In this document: in pieces, positions 36,749 through 44,273 of the stretch
Layout: every line of letters starts with the position of its first letter
Numbering within the stretch: the stretch's first letter is position 1
Assembly (NCBI GenBank): GCA_965649215.1
Contig: CBFGJZ010000003.1
Span: forward strand, 1 to 44,273
Reading direction: 5' to 3'
From: a candidate division WOR-3 bacterium
Lineage (GTDB): Bacteria > Hydrothermota > Tepidihabitantia > Tepidihabitantales > CAIPLT01
Length of the DNA: 44,273 nucleotides
The notes under the pieces: model-generated
Databases searched by the model: none
What the model was told of the DNA's origin: nothing
Seen by the model: the letters and a program-made list of their open reading frames with translations, nothing else
Translations under genes and position numbers: made by a program

Positions 36749-38035
36749 CTATTTTATGACGAATATTTTTAAAAATATCGGATTCACAATATTACTATAA
36801 CTTGAACCCAAAGAATAAGTTATGCTAAATGTTGTCCAATAATTATAACCTGTTGCCAGTTCTCTTAACCGAAGCAACCGTTCTTGCTCATTAGCACCTG
36901 CTTTTCGCAAGGAAAGTTGGTCGTGAATAAACGAATAACCCCCTGCAATTGACATTGAAAGTCCAGCGAAAACCCGCATATTAATACTGCCTTCGATCGT
37001 GAGTCGATTTTTAGAAAAATCGTGCCAGTAATGCGAGCCATTAATAATAAAACCGACACTACTCCATTGACGAGTCAGTTCAGTTGTCAATACCAATTGG
37101 TTTTGCAATCTATTTTCGCTAAGCAGATTATAAAGTGTTGTATCATAGTATGAGCGATGCAATACCATAGGTTGAAACTGCACGCATATTTTATGGTGCA
37201 CATATTCAGAATAAGGCACAAAATTATATTCAAACTTTGGGGCTATTGAAAAGCCATAGCGAATATTACTATATTTACTAGTCAGATAAAACACTTGTCC
37301 GCCAACACTAAAATGATTGCTCGTTTTTTGTGCCCAGAATGCTTCTGCTGAATACGAATGGGACTTAGCAATATAAGTTGTCGTATCCTCAATAAATTTG
37401 CGCTGCGTATTTGTTATCGTAGCTTCTAACTTAAACTTTTCATTCTCGGCAATTCGCTGAATGGTTGGATACAGATTATAATAAATATAGGAATAAGCTT
37501 GTTCACCTGTTCCATAACCAACCAGACTTAATGAAAAAATCCAATTATGCCACTTATCAATGATTTGCGTCTGTCCCGATGGTGGTGAAAAATCAATCGT
37601 ACACATCTCACTTAAATTGGTACGCGCAAGGTATGGCATCAATCCTCGCTTTATCGTTTCGGTTATCGTCTTACGGATTTCATCTTCGGTTGCATTGGCT
37701 GAGACAGTCTGTTTCAAAGTATAATTTAAATCCGCATACTTACCCTGCCCAATAAACTGCAAAACATACTCTTTGCCACCACTCGCTGTTATCTGTTGAG
37801 TAATAATCAAATGAATATCTGCTTCTCTTTGCTCGCGCACATAATTAACAAAGATAATTTCAGATTTAATATAATTCAAATCAAGAGAAGTTTCGTCTTG
37901 AATGAAAAGTTTTAGGGCCGAATCCCGTCAAATTGAATCTGACTCTATCTCTTGACTATAAACACTTGAGCTGATAATTGAGAATCCTATAAGAAATAAT
38001 ATTATTTGGTTATTTGTATCACGAAATCTTTTCAT
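36749..38035 (-). CDS. Putative outer-membrane beta-barrel protein with an in-frame TGA at codon 36 (recoded or pseudogene)
   Basis: GAGGTG, 5 nt, ATG 38035, then MKRFRDTNNQIILFLIGFSIISSSVYS-QEIESDSI*RDSALKLFIQDETSLD, which joins ORF 36749-37879 in frame. The TGA is at 37930-37928. The C-terminal two thirds has amphipathic beta-strands. Confidence 0.75.
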
Positions 38036-38116
38036 AAATTCACCTCGCTAAATACTACCCCTCAAACAAGATAAGTCAAGTCTACGATAATTATATAATA
38101 TTAGGATAAATTTATC

Positions 38117-39634
38117 TTATCGCTGAATTATTATCTTTATTATTTGTTGCGGGGACTTTAGTTTAATAAAATACACTCCCGCTGATAAATGACTAAGACA
38201 ATTATTGCCAGCATATAACTGAGCAACTTTTTTACCCATCATATCATATAATGTAAAAGATTTATTTTCCGGTAAGAACAAATTATTTCGAACGATTGTT
38301 GGTAAAAAGTATCGTAGCTTGCTATCCGTAAGTGGTCTCTCGGATATCATATTTAAGCTAATTGGTTTTGCCATCATCGCCACACAAGCAATACCCAGTT
38401 TGGCAGCTCTCAAAACCTGATTTAATGTTAAATTACCAACCGTATCATGGGTTGTATGATAATGCGGATTTGAACCATTCCAAATACCCCATTCCGAGTC
38501 CTCTAACGCAAACACTGCTTTATAACCCCGTTCCCAAAATGGGGTATTGTCGCCATAACAATCTTCATCCCAATACTTGATTAAATTAAGCCCAATATTA
38601 TATTGAGTGTTTGCCGACTCTGCCAAAACCGCAAGCGATGTTGATGCTAAATTATGATTCACATATAAACGGGTGCTGTCATACGCTGTATATGCGATCA
38701 TATCAAAATTAAAAACCCCGCCGATTTTTAATTGTTGCGGTACAACCACAGAATCGACATAATGATATGAGCCGAGCATCCACTGCTCCTCACCCGAAAA
38801 TCCGATAAACTTAATCGTCCAACGAAACCGATATTGGGATAAAATCCGCGCTGCTTCTAAAACCACAGCAGTTCCAGTCGCATTATCATCGGCACCTGGG
38901 GCTGAAATATAAGGCACATTAGAATACGAATCAAAGTGGCCACAGATAATCACAATGCTTTCAGGCCGCACCTGCCCTGTGATGGTCGCGATCACATTAT
39001 ACGAGGTATCACGCTGCGTTCCTGCTAAATAAATATCATATTCCACAGGTATATTATATGTCTGAAAGCGTTGATACAACCAATTGGCTACACTATCACA
39101 TTTTGGTGAATATGTATAGCGCGTTCCATAATTTTGTAAATGATAAAGGGTTGTAACTAAACTATCCAAAGTAACTCTGTTAAGCATCTGGGCAATCAAA
39201 GTATCATATCTAACAACAAAAACATCATCATCCCCTCGAGTTCGCATTAAGAGATACTCCCGTAATTTTCTTAAAATAAAACCTTGCTCCTGTAACGCTT
39301 GGGCTTGGCCTTCCGAAAGTTTTACTAACAAGAACTGATTATTTGCCCACAGATAAGCACCTTGATAATGCTTATCCTTTTGTTTAACAATTAGAAAATA
39401 GTAATCTGCACTAAAACAAGAATCGAGCACCTCATATTCAAGACCATGATTATGAAGTAATTGGTCAGTCTTTTCATCTATTCTTATTAATAATGCATCC
39501 TGAAAATCATAACAGATAGGAATCGCTAATAAAGTAAGCATTTCGCGGTCTCTTGTATTCACTTTCACTAATCCCAATTTATCAGCATTAAGAGTCGCCA
39601 ATAAGATACAAAATAAAAAAATCATTCGTTTCAT
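38117..39634 (-). CDS. M28 family metallopeptidase with T9SS-like C-terminal domain
   Basis: ICGHFDS, APGADDNATG, FSGEEQWMLGS, NFDMIAY, YHTTHD. Tail LYDMMGKKV...GVYFIKL...KIIIQR. Confidence 0.9.
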   Translation of the reverse strand: MKRMIFLFCILLATLNADKLGLVKVNTRDREMLTLLAIPICYDFQDALLIRIDEKTDQLLHNHGLEYEVLDSCFSADYYFLIVKQKDKHYQGAYLWANNQFLLVKLSEGQAQALQEQGFILRKLREYLLMRTRGDDDVFVVRYDTLIAQMLNRVTLDSLVTTLYHLQNYGTRYTYSPKCDSVANWLYQRFQTYNIPVEYDIYLAGTQRDTSYNVIATITGQVRPESIVIICGHFDSYSNVPYISAPGADDNATGTAVVLEAARILSQYRFRWTIKFIGFSGEEQWMLGSYHYVDSVVVPQQLKIGGVFNFDMIAYTAYDSTRLYVNHNLASTSLAVLAESANTQYNIGLNLIKYWDEDCYGDNTPFWERGYKAVFALEDSEWGIWNGSNPHYHTTHDTVGNLTLNQVLRAAKLGIACVAMMAKPISLNMISERPLTDSKLRYFLPTIVRNNLFLPENKSFTLYDMMGKKVAQLYAGNNCLSHLSAGVYFIKLKSPQQIIKIIIQR

Positions 39635-39726
39635 ATTCTTTACAATATAGCATCAGCAATCATCAAAAGTCAAGGGAAGTTCCCCTTGACAAAAATATTT
39701 TTTAATCACTATCATAATAGGCCAAT

Positions 39727-40863
39727 ATGTTAAACCAATATCTCGTTGGAATTGATTTAGGGGGCACTCAATTTCGAATTACTTTAGCTCACCCCAAAAC
39801 TGGTCAAATCATCATTAAGAAAAGCTATTCCAGTCCCTTCGCGGTTAATATCGATTTATCTCAATTTTCTCATCTGGCACGGAAAGAGCAAGCCAATGCT
39901 TATATTGTTACTAAAATCAAAGAATTTCTTAAAGAAGCAAAAATCAAGTCTCAGCAAATTTCAGGCATTGGTATTTCTGTGGCCGGCAAAGTCTTTTCTG
40001 ATAAAACCTTTATCGGTGCCAATATGCCTAAGGAATTCGCTAAAAAGATTGGTAATAGATATGCAATTGATTTAGTCTCGGTGCTCAAGAAAATATTTAA
40101 AGTTAACATTGAAATTGAAAACGATGCTATTTGTGCGGGTATTGCCCAAAGCATCTATTATGCTCATCATGGCATTGACCCGCGCAAGACTTTTTATATT
40201 ACTTTAAGTACTGGTATTGGCGGTGGTGGACCAAAAAGAGATTTAGACGAGATTGGTCATATGTTGATTGGTGATTACTTTCCAAAACTTAAACCCCGCT
40301 GTGGTTGTGGTGCACTTGGTTGTCTTGAGGCTTTTGCATCTGGTCAGGGTATCAAAAATCGGGCTTTAGAAATATTGAAGCTAAATGAAAATAAACCAAC
40401 TATTTTTAAGCAATTTAGTGCTTACGAACAGATGCGTACTCGTCATAGATATGTTTTAACTCAAATAATTCCAAAATCAAGATTAGAAAAGTTATATCAG
40501 AATAAACAAACCGTTGATACGAAAATTATCTTTGCTTTAGCGATGAATAAAAACCCTGACCCATTTGCTTATTACTTAATTGATAATGCAGCCGAGTATT
40601 TGGCAAAAGCAATTATAAACATCTCGTTAATTCACGATCTTAAGTACTTTGGTATCGGTGGTTCGATTATTATTAATAACCCCCAATATCTTAAACTCAT
40701 TCAAAAGAAAATCGATTGTTACAATCGCAATTGTATTTTAAGCGAGAAAATAAAAGTTGAACTCACACCATTAAAAAACTATAGTGGCGATTATGGGGCA
40801 TTATTTTTAGTTGCCAATTCAAAATATTATCAACAATGGCTAAAAACTATATCCCAAATGTAA
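39727..40863 (+). CDS. ROK family sugar kinase-like protein
   Basis: GIDLGGT, GIGISVAG, ENDA, STGIGGG, EIGH, CGCGALGCLEAFASG. No N-terminal HTH. Confidence 0.88.
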   Translation: MLNQYLVGIDLGGTQFRITLAHPKTGQIIIKKSYSSPFAVNIDLSQFSHLARKEQANAYIVTKIKEFLKEAKIKSQQISGIGISVAGKVFSDKTFIGANMPKEFAKKIGNRYAIDLVSVLKKIFKVNIEIENDAICAGIAQSIYYAHHGIDPRKTFYITLSTGIGGGGPKRDLDEIGHMLIGDYFPKLKPRCGCGALGCLEAFASGQGIKNRALEILKLNENKPTIFKQFSAYEQMRTRHRYVLTQIIPKSRLEKLYQNKQTVDTKIIFALAMNKNPDPFAYYLIDNAAEYLAKAIINISLIHDLKYFGIGGSIIINNPQYLKLIQKKIDCYNRNCILSEKIKVELTPLKNYSGDYGALFLVANSKYYQQWLKTISQM

Positions 40864-40869
40864 CTCGGA

Positions 40870-40898
40870 TTGACTTTTAACGGCTAAAACTTTATAAT
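40870..40898 (+). promoter_or_regulatory. Sigma70 promoter, leaderless configuration (rtcB)
   Basis: TTGACT (40870-40875), 17 bp, TATAAT (40893-40898), 5 nt, ATG at 40904. Confidence 0.7.
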
Positions 40899-40903
40899 AA
40901 ATT

Positions 40904-42364
40904 ATGGCACAGAATTGGAATGGCCCATTAGAAAAAATTGATGATTTTAGGTTAAGAATTCCCAAAAGTTATAAGTCCACAATGCGTGTTGACGGCATTA
41001 TTTATATTGACGCTCGCCTATTAGATAAAGTTAAAGAAGATCAAGCACCCGAACAAGTTGCTAATGTCGCAACCATGCCTGGTATCCTAAAAGCCTCTTT
41101 GGCAATGCCTGATATACATTGGGGTTATGGATTTCCAATTGGTGGAGTTGCTGGTTTTGACACTAAAACCGGTGTCATTTCCCCAGGTGGTGTTGGTTAT
41201 GACATTAATTGTGGGGTGAGATTGTTAAGGACCAATCTCTATCGCAAAGATATTAATAATAATATTTTAGAAAAACTCGTGCGGTCAATATTTGAGAATG
41301 TACCATCGGGTGTTGGCTCGACAGGTAAAATTCGCATTTCAGAAAGTGAAGTCAAAGTTGTTTTACAAAAAGGTGCCCGTTGGGCATATGAAAAAGGATA
41401 TGGCACAGAACAAGATTTAGAATTCACTGAAGAACATGGTCAGATGAACGGCGCTGACCCCTCAAAAATCTCCCGACGCGCTTTAGAACGAGGTGCGCCG
41501 CAACTCGGTACTTTAGGTGCTGGTAATCATTTCTTAGAAATTCAGGTAATTGAAGAAATTTACGATGAAAACGCTGCTAAAATCTTCCGTTTAGAAAAAG
41601 ACCAAATTACCGTGATGATTCATACTGGCTCACGCGGTTTAGGTTATCAAATCTGTGATGATAATGTCAAAGATTTAGGCCGCGCAGTTCAAAAATATAA
41701 TATTTCATTGCCTGATCGCCAGTTGGCTTGCGCACCAATTGAATCACCAGAGGGCAAAGCCTATTTTGCAGCAATGGTCTGCGCGGCTAATTATGCTTGG
41801 GCAAATCGTCAGTGTATTACCCATTGGGTCCGCGAAGCGTTTGGTCAGGTTTTTAATAAAAACCCTGATCAATTAGGTATGGATTTAATTTATGATGTTG
41901 CCCATAACATTGCTAAATTTGAAGAACACATTGTCAATGGTAATAAAATAATGGTCTGTGTGCATCGTAAAGGGGCAACCCGAGCTTTTCCACCACATCA
42001 TCCGGCTTTACCTGAAAAATATAAACCGATTGGCCAACCTGTTATCATTCCTGGGGATATGGGTACTAACTCGTATTTATTGTTGGGCACCCAAAAAGCA
42101 TTTGAAGAAACTTTTGGTTCAACTTGTCATGGTGCGGGTCGGGTTTGGTCACGCAATCGAGCCTTAGAAGAAACCAGAAACCGAGATATTGCCCGTGAAT
42201 TAAAATCCAAAGGCATTTTGGTTATGGCGGCTTCTAAAGAAGTCCTCCGTGAAGAAGTCCCTGATGCTTACAAAGATGTTGATATTGTGGTTGATGTCTG
42301 CCATAAGGCTGGCATTTCCAAAAAAGTTGCTAAAATGCGTCCGTTAGGAGTTGTCAAAGGATAG
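40904..42364 (+). CDS. rtcB: RNA-splicing ligase RtcB (long form)
   Basis: MPDIHWGYGFPIGGV, GVGYDINCG, GTLGAGNHF, HTGSRG, HN, HRKGAT, PGDMG, HGAGR, YKD. Confidence 0.97.
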   Translation: MAQNWNGPLEKIDDFRLRIPKSYKSTMRVDGIIYIDARLLDKVKEDQAPEQVANVATMPGILKASLAMPDIHWGYGFPIGGVAGFDTKTGVISPGGVGYDINCGVRLLRTNLYRKDINNNILEKLVRSIFENVPSGVGSTGKIRISESEVKVVLQKGARWAYEKGYGTEQDLEFTEEHGQMNGADPSKISRRALERGAPQLGTLGAGNHFLEIQVIEEIYDENAAKIFRLEKDQITVMIHTGSRGLGYQICDDNVKDLGRAVQKYNISLPDRQLACAPIESPEGKAYFAAMVCAANYAWANRQCITHWVREAFGQVFNKNPDQLGMDLIYDVAHNIAKFEEHIVNGNKIMVCVHRKGATRAFPPHHPALPEKYKPIGQPVIIPGDMGTNSYLLLGTQKAFEETFGSTCHGAGRVWSRNRALEETRNRDIARELKSKGILVMAASKEVLREEVPDAYKDVDIVVDVCHKAGISKKVAKMRPLGVVKG

Positions 42365-42399
42365 TCCTTTTGAAAAATTAATATCCGCTCTGTCATTCA

Positions 42400-44223
42400 A
42401 TGTTAACTCCAAAACAAATTAAACTTGTCCCCGACAGTCCGGGTGTTTATTTGCTCAAAGATAAAAAAGGTAAAATAATTTATGTTGGTAAGTCCCGAAA
42501 TCTAAAAGAACGCCTTCGCGCCTATACCCAAGAACAAACAAGTTTTCCGCGCGATCAACTCATTCGCAATATTTATGATTTTGAATTTATTGAGACGAAA
42601 TCCGAAGTTGAAGCATTAGTTCTTGAAGATAATCTCATTAAACTTAATAAACCTCGTTTCAATGTACGGCTTAAAGATGATAAAAAATTTCCTTACCTTA
42701 AGATTACCACTCAGGAAAAATTTCCTCGTATCTTTGCTACGCGTAATTTACGAAAAGATGGTTCAGTCTTATTTGGTCCTTATACCAATGCCAAAAATCT
42801 CCGTCGGGCAGTTAAAACCGTCCGCACTATTTTTAAGATCCGCACCTGTAAAAAGAAATTGCCTTTATCAAAAGCAGAACGTCCCTGTCTTAATTATGCT
42901 ATGAACCGTTGTTTAGCACCGTGTCAGAATAACATTAGTGAAAGCGATTATCGCACGCGAATTAATAATGTTATAACCTTTCTTACAGGCAAATCAAGTG
43001 AACTAATTGACAAACTCCAAGCTCAAATGCACCAAGCTGCCTTAAAAGAAGAGTTTGAAACTGCGGCGACCATCCGAGATCAACTCTTAGCATTAAAAGA
43101 TATTGCCACCAAACAAGAAGCAACCTTTACTGATGTAATCAGTCGTGATGTCATTGGCTTAGTAGTAGCAAATTCATTTATCAAATCAATGAAAGGTACC
43201 CCTAAGTCATATGCTAATGTAACCTTAATGAAAATTCGCGACGGGAAAATTATTGGCAAAGAAAACTATCCTTTTGTCTTAAATAAAAAAAGCACTGTTC
43301 AAGAAATTATGGAAACTTTATTAAGAACGGTCTATTTTCACACCTATGATATTCCTGATGAAATCATCTTACCTGTTAAATTAGAAAATAAAAAAGTCTT
43401 TATTGATTGGTTTAAAGAAAAGCGCCAACGAAAAGTTAAAATATATGCTCCCCGAGCAGGATTAAAAAGACGCTTGATGAAACTCGCTAACACTGATGCT
43501 CAGATTGGGTTATCGGAGATTATGCCGGTTCCTAAAATTGCCCCGGCTTTAGTTGATTTACAACGTATCTTAAACCTGCCGAATCCTCCTAAACAAATTG
43601 AAGGAGTTGATATTTCCAATATTGCTGGCAGTTTAGCCACGGGTTCAATTGTTGTTTTCACTGACGGGTTACCTAATAAAAAAGAATATCGGATGTTTCG
43701 GATTAGAACCGTGCATGGACCCAATGATTATGCTATGATGCAAGAAGTCTTAACGCGTCGACTCACTAGTTTACTAAATAAAAATAAACCACTGCCTGAT
43801 TTAGTTTTGATTGATGGTGGTAAAGGACAACTCTCGGCTGCTCAAAAAGCTTATGCTAACGCACCCAAACCAATTCCATTACTTGCTTTTGCCAAAAGGA
43901 CAGATATGTTATATTATAATGATGGGAGAGAAATTTCTATTCCCCCATATTCAACAGCCTTAAAATTACTCAAGCGTATCCGCGACGAAGCACATCGTTT
44001 TGCGATTAAATATCATAAAAAATTACGCGGTAAAAAACTGCTCGCATCAGAACTTGACTACATTCAAGGTATTGGACCTAAACGAAAGCAGCTATTAATA
44101 AAACATTTTGGCAGTCTTGATAAAATCAGACAAGCAAGTACTGATGAACTTGCCAAACTCAAAGGATTTAATCAGAAGATTGCCGAGAAAATAAAACAAG
44201 CACTTTATGGAACCATGGATTAA
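42400..44223 (+). CDS. uvrC: Excinuclease ABC subunit C
   Basis: PGVY..IIYVGKS (GIY-YIG), DDKKFPY, Cys cluster, FETAATIRD, DISN, DGGKGQ, RDEAHRFA, HhH GIG. Confidence 0.97.
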   Translation: MLTPKQIKLVPDSPGVYLLKDKKGKIIYVGKSRNLKERLRAYTQEQTSFPRDQLIRNIYDFEFIETKSEVEALVLEDNLIKLNKPRFNVRLKDDKKFPYLKITTQEKFPRIFATRNLRKDGSVLFGPYTNAKNLRRAVKTVRTIFKIRTCKKKLPLSKAERPCLNYAMNRCLAPCQNNISESDYRTRINNVITFLTGKSSELIDKLQAQMHQAALKEEFETAATIRDQLLALKDIATKQEATFTDVISRDVIGLVVANSFIKSMKGTPKSYANVTLMKIRDGKIIGKENYPFVLNKKSTVQEIMETLLRTVYFHTYDIPDEIILPVKLENKKVFIDWFKEKRQRKVKIYAPRAGLKRRLMKLANTDAQIGLSEIMPVPKIAPALVDLQRILNLPNPPKQIEGVDISNIAGSLATGSIVVFTDGLPNKKEYRMFRIRTVHGPNDYAMMQEVLTRRLTSLLNKNKPLPDLVLIDGGKGQLSAAQKAYANAPKPIPLLAFAKRTDMLYYNDGREISIPPYSTALKLLKRIRDEAHRFAIKYHKKLRGKKLLASELDYIQGIGPKRKQLLIKHFGSLDKIRQASTDELAKLKGFNQKIAEKIKQALYGTMD

Positions 44224-44249
44224 ACGGATTAGCTGGATTGAGACACAAT

Positions 44250-44273
44250 GTCTTTGCGAGCCGAAGGCGCGTA
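44250..44273 (+). repeat. Start of a REP/RPE-like palindromic element, cut by the window edge
   Basis: TGTCTTTGCGAGCCGAAGGCG resembles the GTCATTGCGAG-CCGAAGG start of this repeat type. GCC-GAA-GGC forms an internal hairpin. Confidence 0.35.

Noticed and set aside
635-43724. Short alternative-frame and antisense ORFs in the track (e.g. 635-970, 3405-3677, 17382-17762, 19807-20109, 26067-26378, 30797-30985, 35456-35821)
   Set aside because: All lie within well-supported genes and show no motifs; treated as shadow ORFs.
1-44273. Genome-wide reassignment of TGA (genetic code 4 or 25)
   Set aside because: Conserved genes have no internal TGA, and several (mfd, fusA, ispH, rplS, ompH) end in TGA at the expected length.

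Overview
AT-rich chromosomal segment of a diderm bacterium. Several secreted proteins with Por/T9SS-like C-terminal tails, including a Kelch-like 'YALKGNxTxEFYxY' repeat protein, suggest an FCB-related lineage such as candidate division WOR-3 (inference). Most of the window is housekeeping: mfd, a stand-alone fusA, the cmk-plsC-ispH-rpsA-mtaB-ompH-fabZ-folC operon, PurS-fused purL, a UDP-sugar dehydrogenase, the rpsP-khpA-trmD-rplS-rnhB-yraN-comM cluster without rimM, rmuC, rtcB and uvrC. Signals not explained by the ORF track: (1) two exported-protein genes each interrupted by one in-frame TGA. One is a 7-repeat propeller with a Gly-Cys-TGA motif and a SECIS-like hairpin, a candidate new secreted selenoprotein. 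(2) A ~134-bp, ~90% identical non-coding element in two inverted copies 13.3 kb apart. It has a perfect palindrome, an IHF consensus and structure-preserving substitutions, plus a 15-bp motif nearby that could be its terminal inverted repeat. (3) Many sigma70 promoters placed for leaderless mRNAs. (4) An unannotated 58-aa membrane protein and two promoter-plus-N-terminus gene stubs. No rRNA, tRNA, CRISPR array or transposase was recognised. All family calls are from motif recognition, not database searches.
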